In this document: in pieces, positions 9,204-19,204 of the stretch | Position numbering within the stretch: position 1 is the first letter of the stretch | How the letters are laid out: the number at the start of each line of letters is the position of its first letter | NCBI GenBank assembly: GCA_051871515.1 | Contig: JBJECY010000081.1 | Span: forward strand, 15,894-79,893 | Length of the DNA stretch: 64,000 nucleotides | Direction of reading: 5' to 3' | Source of the DNA: Muribaculaceae bacterium | GTDB lineage: Bacteria; Bacteroidota; Bacteroidia; Bacteroidales; Muribaculaceae | Made by a program: the position numbers and the translations under genes | The notes under the pieces: model-generated | Seen by the model: the letters and a program-made list of their open reading frames with translations, nothing else | What the model was told of the DNA's origin: nothing | The model's database searches: none

Positions 9204-10475
9204 TCACTCGGGTGAGCTGAGTGTGTTCCAGAATGTCACGTCATAAGGCAGATGTTTGGCATCAAACATTTCGCTCGGGTTGTGCCCGGCATCGGGAATT
9301 ATGGTGAACGAATGTTTGATTTTCAGCTTATTGAGATACTGCGAGAATCGTGGAATTATATGATTTCCGTTCTCGTCATAGAGGCGGTCGTTGGTTCCAA
9401 CAAATATGCGCATATCCAACCCCAATTTGCCTATTTTCTTAGCATTTTTCTTGGCGAACACCTCCGGCTGATTGGCCTCAAAATATTTGCGCGAAGCCGG
9501 ATTGTTGATATCGCCAAACGTACATTCAAGGGCACGTGTGAGCGGTTCTTCATCCCAAGCAACCACAGCACCAGCCACCGATGAGACAGCACTAAACAAC
9601 TCGGGATATTTCATAGCCAGACGCAAAGCACCGCATCCGCCCATCGAAAAGCCCTCAATTCCGCGAGCATTGCGCGAGGCTATGGTGCGGTAATGGCTGT
9701 CGATATACGGAATAAGGTCTTTTATCAGCACATCTTCAATGGGTCCGGTGGTCACCTTTGGGTCACTCATATTGCCATTCAAATACCACCCAATGGGCAT
9801 GGCATGCGGACAAACCACAATCGCCGGCTTCATTGAGCCGCTTGCTATGGCGCTATCGATGCGTGCTATCATCCATCTGCCCTCACGCTGATTGCCTGTG
9901 CCTCCGTGCAAATAGTAAATCACCAGATAACGCAAGTTGCTCTCATGGTAGCCTTTGGGCAAATACACCATGCAGCTACCTTCGGTGCCCTCGCCACGTT
10001 GCGTGGTGGGATAAAGCAGATATTCGCAGCCCGTGGCTACATCTCGCACCGGGTCAACCCACGTTTGTTTATCAACCCCTTGCGAAAGTATCTGTTCCTG
10101 AGTGCGCCAACCGGGGTTTAAACGCTCTCTGCTGCCAAAAGCCGAACAAGCCGAATTATAGCCCAACGTGCCCGAGCCACGTTTTCCGGTGGGGTAGTAC
10201 ACAGTGTTGCCATCACGCTCGCCAAGCGAAGTGCCATAGTTGGTCACCTCAAACATCTGCGGCGTGAGTTTGGCACCTTGTATGATGCCATCGTAATGCG
10301 CCACTATGGCATAAGGCTTTGAGCCATCCATACCCACAGTGCCAAGCACCGTGACCTTTTCTATGCCAGTGGCACATTTCACCTTAGTAGCGGCATTTGC
10401 CTTGATGCCGCACATGGCAGCTGCTCCAGCAAAAACAAGAGCAACGCCTAATTTAATTAGCTGTTTGTTGTTCAT
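9204..10475 (-). CDS. Secreted esterase-family alpha/beta hydrolase (CE1-like 'putative esterase')
   Basis: 423 aa with a signal peptide. Nucleophile elbow GFSMGGCGA and the YLHGGTGN pattern are present. Confidence 0.75.
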   Translation of the reverse strand: MNNKQLIKLGVALVFAGAAAMCGIKANAATKVKCATGIEKVTVLGTVGMDGSKPYAIVAHYDGIIQGAKLTPQMFEVTNYGTSLGERDGNTVYYPTGKRGSGTLGYNSACSAFGSRERLNPGWRTQEQILSQGVDKQTWVDPVRDVATGCEYLLYPTTQRGEGTEGSCMVYLPKGYHESNLRYLVIYYLHGGTGNQREGRWMIARIDSAIASGSMKPAIVVCPHAMPIGWYLNGNMSDPKVTTGPIEDVLIKDLIPYIDSHYRTIASRNARGIEGFSMGGCGALRLAMKYPELFSAVSSVAGAVVAWDEEPLTRALECTFGDINNPASRKYFEANQPEVFAKKNAKKIGKLGLDMRIFVGTNDRLYDENGNHIIPRFSQYLNKLKIKHSFTIIPDAGHNPSEMFDAKHLPYDVTFWNTLSSPE

Positions 10476-10550
10476 GTTTTATTAAGGAGTGTTTCAGGGA
10501 TTTGGCCCTTAGTCTCTACCAAGACTTTTCAAAAAAGGGATTTTCGTTTT

Positions 10551-11882
10551 TTATTGCTTCTTTAACCATTCAAGCAGTCGCTGCATCACCTTTGGCGAGA
10601 TGGTTTGCTCAATGTTGCCATAATCGGCACAGGGAGCTATACATTCTTGAAACATGTGGTTGTATTGCAACCCGTTCTCAATCTCCAGGCGTTTGCCACC
10701 ATACGCGGCATTGAGTACCGAAGCGTTGGTTGTGGCATTGACTTGAACATCGTTGCCTCCATAGAATGACAACATTGGTTGCCGTATCATATTGAGGTGA
10801 GGCACAGCGCAATATCGCACAAAGTGCATATACCATGGCGAGGTCATCACCTTTATCTGGCTATTGACGTTTTGCAGCGGCATGCCGCCTTCCATCAGTA
10901 TGCTTTGCAGGCTTTTACTAAGTTTGTCAACATCTTGCACGGTATCGATGGCTGCAAAAGCCCTTTCAAGCCGGTCGAGCTGACTATCAGTAAGTTCAAC
11001 GCCTCGTGAGCGGGCCATATCAATGTTTTGCGTCAACATGAGGTCTTTGCCTTTCACCACAGGAGCAGCAAGAGTGCTTATGAATTTCACATCTTTGCCA
11101 TGTTCGGCAGCAAGCATTATGGCTATTTGTCCGCCCTCACTATGACCAACAACGCCAATCTTCTTTTTGTTTATCTGCGGCACCGTTTGCAAAAACTTCA
11201 CTGCCGCCAACGCATCTTGCGCAAAATCGGCGGTGGTGACATTGGGTCCACATTCCGATGAGCCACCTGTGCCGCGGTCATCGTAGCGCAACACCGCTAT
11301 TCCGTTACGGGTGAGATAATCGGCAAGCACAAGAAACGGCTTATGCCCCAAAATCTCCTCGTCGCGGTTCTGCTGACCGCTGCCCGACACCAACACCACT
11401 GCCGTGAACTTGCTGCCCTGCTCAGGCAAGGTGAGAGTGCCCGTGAGAGTGACATCGCCATGCGAGAAAGTCACTTCCTTAACATCGTAAGGAAACGGCG
11501 GTTGCGGTGTTTGCGGACGTTCAAGATAAGGATTATCGCTCACATGTTTCATATTAAACGGCAATTGCGTCAAGCCCTGACGGAATGTTCCTTTGAAACT
11601 GCCGTCAACGGCATCGGCTGAGCAGCTGATGAGCATAGCCATCTTTTTCACGCCCACCGTGAAATAGTCGGCGCCCACGTTCACCGTGTCACACTCAATG
11701 TTCATTGCCATCTGCTTGGGCGAGTCGAACCACGCCTTGCCATCGGCAGCTATGCGCACCACCAACGGCAGTGTTGTGGCACCCACTTGCAAGTCGCCTT
11801 GCCATTTGCCCACAACATTACCCCAAGCCAAAACAAAAGCACTCAAAACACACATCACCCAAGTTGATACAATCCTTTTCAT
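10551..11882 (-). CDS. Secreted alpha/beta hydrolase
   Basis: 443 aa with a signal peptide and a GxSxG nucleophile (VGHSEGG). Confidence 0.7.
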   Translation of the reverse strand: MKRIVSTWVMCVLSAFVLAWGNVVGKWQGDLQVGATTLPLVVRIAADGKAWFDSPKQMAMNIECDTVNVGADYFTVGVKKMAMLISCSADAVDGSFKGTFRQGLTQLPFNMKHVSDNPYLERPQTPQPPFPYDVKEVTFSHGDVTLTGTLTLPEQGSKFTAVVLVSGSGQQNRDEEILGHKPFLVLADYLTRNGIAVLRYDDRGTGGSSECGPNVTTADFAQDALAAVKFLQTVPQINKKKIGVVGHSEGGQIAIMLAAEHGKDVKFISTLAAPVVKGKDLMLTQNIDMARSRGVELTDSQLDRLERAFAAIDTVQDVDKLSKSLQSILMEGGMPLQNVNSQIKVMTSPWYMHFVRYCAVPHLNMIRQPMLSFYGGNDVQVNATTNASVLNAAYGGKRLEIENGLQYNHMFQECIAPCADYGNIEQTISPKVMQRLLEWLKKQ

Positions 11883-11922
11883 AAGCGTTCCTAATATGGA
11901 ATATTAAATAAAAACCTTTTCG

Positions 11923-12393
11923 CTAAAAATCGCTGAAGCAAAGCGGCAACAGGTCTTTTATGCTACTAAGCACATACACCTCGTTGCGTCCGCAAAGCAG
12001 AATCTCAATGTCGTGTCGGCTGATGGTTTCGTATTCACGAATTGCCTGCCTGCAATGCCCGCAGGGCGACACCGGATTTTCAACAAAATCGCCATCGGTG
12101 AAAGCCGCTACGGCAAGCTTCTTGATGCCCACACCGGGATAATTGGCACCGGCATAATAGATGACGCTGCGTTCGGCGCATGTGCCCGAGGAGAATGCAG
12201 CATTCTCTTGGTTGGCTCCTTTGAGCATCACACCGTTATCAAGCAGCAAGGCAGCACCCACACAGAAGTGGCTATAAGGCGAATACGAACCTTTTGTGGC
12301 ATTTTTTGCCATCTCAACAAGATTTTTATCTTCATTTGTTAACTCATTATAAGAGTAAACAGCTATCTTTGTAGTCAAAATTTTTTCTTTCAT
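11923..12393 (-). CDS. cdd: Cytidine deaminase
   Basis: Zinc motifs CAERSVI and PCGHCRQ; 156 aa. Confidence 0.85.
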   Translation of the reverse strand: MKEKILTTKIAVYSYNELTNEDKNLVEMAKNATKGSYSPYSHFCVGAALLLDNGVMLKGANQENAAFSSGTCAERSVIYYAGANYPGVGIKKLAVAAFTDGDFVENPVSPCGHCRQAIREYETISRHDIEILLCGRNEVYVLSSIKDLLPLCFSDF

Positions 12394-12439
12394 GGCCTAT
12401 CTGTTTTTACGCAAATTTATGTATTATTTTTCAAATAAT

Positions 12440-13375
12440 ATGCTAAAATACTCTTTTTGCACCACATTTTACGTGATTTTGGGTTGTTTTTTATCAACAT
12501 CTCAAACACTTAAACTGTCAACCAAATATCTCAACTACATTGACCGCTACTGCACCTTAGCCCAAGAGCAGCAGCAACAACACGGCATACCGGCAAGCAT
12601 CACCCTTGCGCAAGGGCTGCTTGAGAGCCAGTGCGGCGAGAGCCGCCTTGCCAAAGAAGGCAACAACCATTTTGGCATTAAGTGCTCAGGATGGAAGGGC
12701 GACACCATACTTCAGGACGATGACGAGCGCCAAGAATGTTTTCGCAAATACAGCTCGGCACAACAATCGTATGAAGACCATTCGCTGTTCTTGAAGCGCA
12801 AACGCTATGCTCCGCTTTTTGAACTCAACATCACCGACTATGCCGCATGGGCACGCACGCTCAAAGCATGCGGCTATGCCACCGACCCCGCCTATCCCGA
12901 CAAACTGATTAGAATAATTGAAACCTACGAGCTGTTTCAATACGATGACCCTAACGCTCAGCAACTGGCACAAAAACAAGAAGACACCAAACAGCCCGAA
13001 ATCAGCGATGACGAACTGGCAGCCGAGATTGCCGGCGAACACACGATACGCCGCCGTTGGGGATTATACTACATCATTGCCCGCGAGGGCGACACCTTTG
13101 AATCGCTGGCAAAAGAACTGAACATCAAAGCCAACAAACTGGCTAAATTCAACGACCTGAAGAAAGACGATGCTCTGGCACCGGGCGAGGTGGTGTGGAT
13201 GCAAGAAAAAGAGAAAGAAGCAGCTATGGGATGCGACACCCATGTGGTGAAAACCGGCGAAACGCTCCACTCAATAGCTCAAGTATATGGCATCAGGCTC
13301 AAAAACCTTGCTAAACGCAACAAGATAAAAGAAAACTCCACATTGCAACCAGGCACCATATTGCGCCTGAGATAA
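12440..13375 (+). CDS. Glucosaminidase-domain peptidoglycan hydrolase with two LysM repeats
   Basis: ITLAQGLLESQCGESRLAKEGNNHFGIK is a mannosyl-glycoprotein endo-beta-N-acetylglucosaminidase-type domain. LysM repeats occur at YIIAREGDTFESLAKEL and HVVKTGETLHSIAQVYG. The start is ambiguous (12392, 12419 or 12440). Confidence 0.8.
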   Translation: MLKYSFCTTFYVILGCFLSTSQTLKLSTKYLNYIDRYCTLAQEQQQQHGIPASITLAQGLLESQCGESRLAKEGNNHFGIKCSGWKGDTILQDDDERQECFRKYSSAQQSYEDHSLFLKRKRYAPLFELNITDYAAWARTLKACGYATDPAYPDKLIRIIETYELFQYDDPNAQQLAQKQEDTKQPEISDDELAAEIAGEHTIRRRWGLYYIIAREGDTFESLAKELNIKANKLAKFNDLKKDDALAPGEVVWMQEKEKEAAMGCDTHVVKTGETLHSIAQVYGIRLKNLAKRNKIKENSTLQPGTILRLR

Positions 13376-13537
13376 CTTAGCATCACAACAAACTGCCCAC
13401 CTTGATTTGGTTGATTGTTACACATCAAATATTAATCCTAAAAAATGGTAACTTTTACCCTAATTAAGGTAATGCTTCTTTGCACCAATGCTCTTATCTT
13501 TGCATCAGAGTAAAACTATTTACAAAAACATCAATTT

Positions 13538-14080
13538 ATGAGCAAGAAAATATTGATTATTTCAACCAGTTTGCGAGCCAACAGCAACTCAAACCAACTT
13601 GCAAACAGGTTTATGGAAGGAGCACAACAAAACGGCAACCAGGTGGAGATGATTTCTTTGCAAAACAAGCACATTGAGTTTTGCCGCGGCTGCCTTGCCT
13701 GCCAAACTCTCAGAAAATGTGTTATCAACGACGATATGAACGCCATCATACCCAAGATGCATGATGCCGACGTGATAGCATTTGCCACTCCCATCTATTA
13801 CTACGAGATGAGCGGACAAATGAAAACATTGCTCGACCGCGCCAATGCGCTCTACGGCACAGACTATCATTTCCGCGACATCTATATGCTCACGTCAGCA
13901 GCCGAGGATTCACCCGAGGTGCCGCAAAGAGCCATTGAAGGGCTTGGCGGTTGGATTGAGTGTTTTGAAAATGCACATCTGGCAGGAACGGTGTTTGCCG
14001 GCGGTGTTACCGATGCAGGCGAGATTGACGGGCACAATGCCCTCTCACAAGCCTACGACATGGGTAAATCAATCGTATAA
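13538..14080 (+). CDS. Flavodoxin-like NAD(P)H-dependent FMN reductase family protein
   Basis: 180 aa. ILIISTSLRANSNS and IAFATPIYYYEMSGQMK are typical of the FMN_red / iron-sulfur flavoprotein fold. A TAtcTTTG box lies at 13495-13502. Confidence 0.7.
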   Translation: MSKKILIISTSLRANSNSNQLANRFMEGAQQNGNQVEMISLQNKHIEFCRGCLACQTLRKCVINDDMNAIIPKMHDADVIAFATPIYYYEMSGQMKTLLDRANALYGTDYHFRDIYMLTSAAEDSPEVPQRAIEGLGGWIECFENAHLAGTVFAGGVTDAGEIDGHNALSQAYDMGKSIV

Positions 14081-14120
14081 TGTTCACAAAAACCAACCCT
14101 TATTTTCGCACTAATTCACA

Positions 14121-15881
14121 ATGTATATAGAACATATAAAATCACCTGCCGATGTTAAGCAGATGACCGTTCAACAATTGGAAGCATTGGCACAGGAAAT
14201 GCGCACGTTGCTCATTGACAAACTCAGCGAGCACGGAGGCCATTGCGGTCCAAACCTGGGCATGGTTGAAGCTACCATAGCTTTGCACTATGTGTTTAAT
14301 TCTCCTGCCGATAAGATTGTTTTCGACGTTTCACATCAAAGCTACGCCCACAAGATGCTCACAGGGCGTGCCGAGGCTTTCATCAGCAGCGAGCACTACG
14401 GCGACGTCTCGGGCTACACCGAGCCGGGCGAAAGCCCTCACGACCATTTCACCATTGGGCACACCTCAACCTCGGTTAGCCTTGCCTGCGGTTTGGCAAA
14501 GGGGCGCGACTTGCAGGGGCAAAGTGGCAACGTGATTGCCGTGATTGGCGACGGCTCGCTCAGCGGCGGCGAAGCACTTGAAGGACTCGACTGGGCTGCC
14601 GAACTCAATACTAACCTCATTATCGTGGTCAACGACAACCAAATGTCGATTGCCGAAAACCACGGCGGACTATACCGAAACCTTGAAGAATTGCGCCTCT
14701 CAAACGGCACTTGCAGCAACAATCTGTTTCGCGCCATGGCGCTCGACTATGTTTATGAAGCCAACGGCAACAACATAGCCTCACTGATTGAGACATTCAA
14801 GAAAGTGAAAGACATTGACCACCCGGTAGTGGTACACATCAACACCCTCAAAGGGAAGGGCTATGAATTGGCCGAAAAAGACAAGGAACATTGGCACTGG
14901 AGCGCACCTTTCAACAAATCCACCGGAGAACTCAAGCACAATTGCACAGATGAGGATTACAACGGCCTCACAGCCAATCATCTGCTTGAACTTATGAAAC
15001 ACGATAGCACAATATGCGCCATCACAGCCGGAACACCCGGCATTTGGGGGTGGACTCCCGAAAACCGCCGTCAAGCAGGTTCACAGTTTATTGACGTAGG
15101 CATTGCCGAGGAGCATGCCGTGGCGTTGGCTTCGGGCATTGCCAAAGCCGGCGGCAAACCGGTATTTGGCGTGTGCAGCTCGTTTATTCAACGTGCCTAC
15201 GACCAACTATCGCAAGACTTGTGCATCAACAATAATGCGGCAACCATATTGGTGCTGTGGGGTTCATTGTCGTCGATGACCGACGTGACTCACCTTTGCC
15301 ACTTTGATATTCCGCTGCTCTCAGGCATACCAAATTTGGTATATCTTGCGCCAACCAACCGCCAAGAATACCTTGCCATGCTCAATTGGAGCATCTCTTA
15401 CACCGAGCACCCTGTGGCAATACGCGTGCCTGTGGGCTTAACTAAGCCTGCCAACCGCAAGGTTGACACCGACTATTCGGCACTCAACCGCTACGAAATG
15501 GTGCACAAAGGCAGCCAAGTGGCAGTGTTGGCATTGGGCAACTTCTTTGAGCTGGGCGAGAAAGTGTGTAGCCAACTCGCTGCCCACGGCATCGATGCCA
15601 CGCTCATCAACCCACGGTTTATTTCGGGCATCGACACACAGATGCTCAATGAGCTAAGCAGCAACCACAGCGTGGTGGTGACACTTGAAGACGGAGCTAT
15701 TGAGGGCGGTTTTGGCGAAAAAATTGCCCGATACCTTGGTCCCACACCAGTGAAAACCTTGTGCTACGGAGCTAAAAAGCAGTTTGTTGACCGCTATAAA
15801 CCGGCTGAATATCTTGCACAAAACCGATTGGTTGACAACCTGATAGCCCAAGACGTGATTAATTGCTTACATAAACTTTAA
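14121..15881 (+). CDS. dxs: 1-deoxy-D-xylulose-5-phosphate synthase (DXS family)
   Basis: GGHCGPNLGMVEATIALHYVF, SHQSYAHKMLTGR, TPP motif GDGSLSGGEALEGL...NDN and DVGIAEEHAV are present. At 586 aa it is somewhat shorter than E. coli DXS. Confidence 0.7.
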   Translation: MYIEHIKSPADVKQMTVQQLEALAQEMRTLLIDKLSEHGGHCGPNLGMVEATIALHYVFNSPADKIVFDVSHQSYAHKMLTGRAEAFISSEHYGDVSGYTEPGESPHDHFTIGHTSTSVSLACGLAKGRDLQGQSGNVIAVIGDGSLSGGEALEGLDWAAELNTNLIIVVNDNQMSIAENHGGLYRNLEELRLSNGTCSNNLFRAMALDYVYEANGNNIASLIETFKKVKDIDHPVVVHINTLKGKGYELAEKDKEHWHWSAPFNKSTGELKHNCTDEDYNGLTANHLLELMKHDSTICAITAGTPGIWGWTPENRRQAGSQFIDVGIAEEHAVALASGIAKAGGKPVFGVCSSFIQRAYDQLSQDLCINNNAATILVLWGSLSSMTDVTHLCHFDIPLLSGIPNLVYLAPTNRQEYLAMLNWSISYTEHPVAIRVPVGLTKPANRKVDTDYSALNRYEMVHKGSQVAVLALGNFFELGEKVCSQLAAHGIDATLINPRFISGIDTQMLNELSSNHSVVVTLEDGAIEGGFGEKIARYLGPTPVKTLCYGAKKQFVDRYKPAEYLAQNRLVDNLIAQDVINCLHKL

Positions 15882-15897
15882 ATATCTCCCAAAAACT

Positions 15898-16785
15898 ATG
15901 AAACAAGTTGAATTTTCAAGCGTGCAGCAATTCAATGACTACTACGATATTGAAACTACTCACCCTTTGGTGAATGTGATTCACTACGATAAGCCTCATG
16001 AATTGCAAGAACACATAGTGAAATACGGCATATACGCACTTTTTCTGAAAGAAAACAAAAGCTGCCAAATCTCCTATGGGCGCACAAAATATGATTTCGA
16101 CGAGATGACCGTAACCAGTTTCGCTCCCGGTCAGTCGATACACGTTCAGCCCTTCCCCGGAGTGAAGTATCCCAAATGGACAGCTTTGGTGTTTCACCCC
16201 GACTTGCTTGCACGCACCTCGCTGGGCAAAAACATGTCGCAATATGAGTTTTTCTCCTACACAAGCAACGAGGCTTTGCATCTCTCAGTAACCGAGATTG
16301 CAATCTTCCGCGAAGTGCTAAACATGATTGAGCAAGAACTCACACACCCCATTGACAAGCACAGCCGCCACCTCATAGTGTCGAACATTGAATTGCTCCT
16401 TAACTACTGTCTGCGATTCTATGACCGCCAGTTTGTGACGCGTGAAGAGATAAACCACTCGGTGGTGAAGAAGTTTGAACAAATGCTCAAAGAGTACATC
16501 TCAACTCAGGCCCAAAGCGAAGGACTGCCCACAGTGGCTTATTTTGCCAATAAATGCTGCCTCTCAAACGGCTATTTTGGCGAGTTGGTGAGGGTTGAAA
16601 CCGGACGCACGGCAAAAGACATCATCGCCAACCACATGCTCAACGCAGCTAAAGAGATGCTTAACAACAACTCTCTCACCATCAATCAGGTGAGCCAAAA
16701 ACTGGGATTTGAATATCCGCAACATTTTGTAAGGTTCTTCAAAGCGCACACTGGCAAAACACCATCGCAATACCGCTCGGCTTAA
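15898..16785 (+). CDS. AraC-family transcriptional regulator
   Basis: C-terminal double HTH (VAYFANKCCLSNGYFGELVRVETG..., INQVSQKLGFEYPQHFVRFFKAHTGKTPSQYR). Confidence 0.85.
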   Translation: MKQVEFSSVQQFNDYYDIETTHPLVNVIHYDKPHELQEHIVKYGIYALFLKENKSCQISYGRTKYDFDEMTVTSFAPGQSIHVQPFPGVKYPKWTALVFHPDLLARTSLGKNMSQYEFFSYTSNEALHLSVTEIAIFREVLNMIEQELTHPIDKHSRHLIVSNIELLLNYCLRFYDRQFVTREEINHSVVKKFEQMLKEYISTQAQSEGLPTVAYFANKCCLSNGYFGELVRVETGRTAKDIIANHMLNAAKEMLNNNSLTINQVSQKLGFEYPQHFVRFFKAHTGKTPSQYRSA

Positions 16786-16892
16786 TTTTTCACAACACAA
16801 CAATAAAAAAACCGGACCAATCTTCACCTCTCATTGCGAGAAAAAAGATTGGTCCGTAATCTTATATAATATGTAGCTAATTCTCTACACCA

Positions 16893-19172
16893 TTAAATGC
16901 TTGGATAGAGATTGAACGACTGCACTTTGTTGCCGTTTTCCATACGGTAGAGAGTCCAACCGCTTTGGTCAGCTTTACGTTCAAGTCGCCAGTTCAGAGC
17001 CGGGTTTTGCAACAACTTGCGTATGTGTGTTGGGAATGCTCCTGCACGGCGAGCTTCTTCCCATGTGCGTATCACATTGAAAATCTGATATTTGTACTTA
17101 CATTTTTCAACATCTTTTTGGCTAACTTTGAGCATATAGGTTGCGCCATAGCCCACTGCGGTGGCCTCGATGTGCTCATATTGCTCAACTGTTGATTTTT
17201 CAGTAATTGGGAAGTTTACGCCAAACGATGAAGGATAGAAATTGGCAAAGGTGACGTCGCGCAAGTCTTTGCCTTGACTAGTGGTGCTTCCCCACTCGCG
17301 AGTTTCGGCATCATACATGTTTTTGCCGCCGCCCACGTTCCACACACTTTGATAGTGCCAAGAGCCTTCAGAGAGAGTGGCTCCGGTGAAGCGCAAATCA
17401 GGCAAATCATATTTCTTAGCTGTTTCAAACACACTGCGGAAGAAACGCTTCACCGAGTAAGCGCCAAAACCGTTATGGAACAAAAATTCCTGACCGTCTA
17501 AGTCAAACATTCTCAAACCTGAGTTTTTGGCAATGTCGGCATAATGTTCGCCAATTTTATCCTGCAATTCAAGTCCGGGCACCAAGCCTTGATAAGCCCA
17601 ACCAACGGTCACCTGCATCTTGTCAACAGCATCACCTGCCTTATGGCTGGCTTTGTTGGTGTTCCAATAGCCGCGAGTGACGTTGAGCAGTTTATAAGGT
17701 GCTTCTTTGCTCACGCCCAAATAGTGAATCAATTCCTTGCCAATCTTCACCATATTGAGTTCTTTGCAATGGCCTTCCCAGCAAGCAATTTCGTTGAGAT
17801 AGGTTGGGTCGTCAACATATATCACGGTGTCGTTAGCCGAGATGTCGGCAGTCAAGTGCTTGCGATGCTGAATACAAGCGCTGTCAGATGGGAACGGGCT
17901 GCAATCCATTGTGCCGGGAGCCATTGAGTTGGTGATGGTGGTGCGACCCAAAATCAAACCATCTTTGGCAAGCAAATTGGCATATTCAATGTGTGAGAGA
18001 TTGCCTGTGGTGAAACGATAAGGTTTCTTGCTATTGGCACCACGGCCATCAATGTAACCGCCATTGCCGCGGTCAGGATTGAGGAACGGATGGTCATAGG
18101 CATGCACCACCTTTAATCCCATTTGCTTGGTGTAAGAAGCGATGCTGTCATACAGTCCTCCATACGATTGAACATCGGGCATAAAGCAAGTTGGGTCTTT
18201 CACCCATTTGCCTTGGAAAGTTGTATAAGGCAAATCTTCTTTTTTCACAATGTTTTGTATCACATCCATCAGCGCAATGCTGTCAGGGCTACCCCAAAGA
18301 GCAATTTTTGAACCGATGAAGTCAACACCAGGCACGTCTTGACGCATGAGGTGATTCGATTCGTTGTCAACAAACTCAGGCACACCCTCAGGCGAATAAA
18401 TCACCTTACCCTTGCGACGGTCGCGCGAGTGATAGCGTATGTCAATGCGGCCGTTAATGTCAACAGCGGCTGCATTACCGTATATTATACGGTAATAAGG
18501 GTCTTTACGATTGTAGAAAGCCACGTCGTTGTGACCGTCACCGCCAAGGGTGAATTGCTGACCCTCATGCAGCGTGAGCGGCAATGGATATTTTTCGTGG
18601 TCGGGCGAGTGAGCAATATAACCGCCTGTGCCAGTTTCTGAGGTGTAGTGCGATTCGCCACCAATGGTGTTATCATCGAGCGCCATTACACCAATGGCAT
18701 AGCACACATTAGCCGAAGTGTCGCGCGCAACACCAATTAAATCACCCAGCAGATTATCAATGTTGGTATAGAATTTACCCCATTGCACATCGTCAATGCC
18801 GTTGCGAGGCTCAAGGCTGCTAAGTTGCATTTTTATGTATTTATCGGTTGGTGTAACCTTCACTTTAGCCACCGAACCGTTGGAATATTTCAGTTCATAG
18901 ATGCCATTTTTCTTGTCGTAAGATGCACTTTGCGGATAGTAGTAACGGCGAGCTTCTTCATCGTAGAGCGAAAGAAGCGGCGATGGACGGTCAGCGGGGC
19001 TGAAGTTGCGGCTATCGCTGCGAGTGGTGTTCCACATTCCCACAATGTAACCTTTTTGGTTGATGTCAACCCCAAAATAATCGGTCTTAAGATGTACTTT
19101 TTCGTTTGATGCACATCCGCATGCCATTATACCAAGCACTGATAATAAGGCAAGTTTTGTGATTTTTTTCAT
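16893..19172 (-). CDS. Lipoprotein of unknown function, paralog of the 40754-43165 product; last gene of the GH31-GH2 operon
   Basis: 759 aa with lipobox LGIMACGC. It is colinear with the 803-aa protein (see findings). Confidence 0.6.
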   Translation of the reverse strand: MKKITKLALLSVLGIMACGCASNEKVHLKTDYFGVDINQKGYIVGMWNTTRSDSRNFSPADRPSPLLSLYDEEARRYYYPQSASYDKKNGIYELKYSNGSVAKVKVTPTDKYIKMQLSSLEPRNGIDDVQWGKFYTNIDNLLGDLIGVARDTSANVCYAIGVMALDDNTIGGESHYTSETGTGGYIAHSPDHEKYPLPLTLHEGQQFTLGGDGHNDVAFYNRKDPYYRIIYGNAAAVDINGRIDIRYHSRDRRKGKVIYSPEGVPEFVDNESNHLMRQDVPGVDFIGSKIALWGSPDSIALMDVIQNIVKKEDLPYTTFQGKWVKDPTCFMPDVQSYGGLYDSIASYTKQMGLKVVHAYDHPFLNPDRGNGGYIDGRGANSKKPYRFTTGNLSHIEYANLLAKDGLILGRTTITNSMAPGTMDCSPFPSDSACIQHRKHLTADISANDTVIYVDDPTYLNEIACWEGHCKELNMVKIGKELIHYLGVSKEAPYKLLNVTRGYWNTNKASHKAGDAVDKMQVTVGWAYQGLVPGLELQDKIGEHYADIAKNSGLRMFDLDGQEFLFHNGFGAYSVKRFFRSVFETAKKYDLPDLRFTGATLSEGSWHYQSVWNVGGGKNMYDAETREWGSTTSQGKDLRDVTFANFYPSSFGVNFPITEKSTVEQYEHIEATAVGYGATYMLKVSQKDVEKCKYKYQIFNVIRTWEEARRAGAFPTHIRKLLQNPALNWRLERKADQSGWTLYRMENGNKVQSFNLYPSI

Positions 19173-19204
19173 TGATTTACATTATTATTTATATGAGTTA
19201 ATAA

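Noticed and set aside
14121-15881. Whether the 586-aa DXS-like gene next to a flavodoxin-like gene and an AraC regulator is a non-canonical transketolase-like enzyme rather than true DXS.
   Set aside because: All the DXS hallmark regions I know are present and colinear (GGH, SHQSYAHKMLTGR, GDG...NDN, DVGIAEEHAV). The shorter length alone does not justify a special claim.
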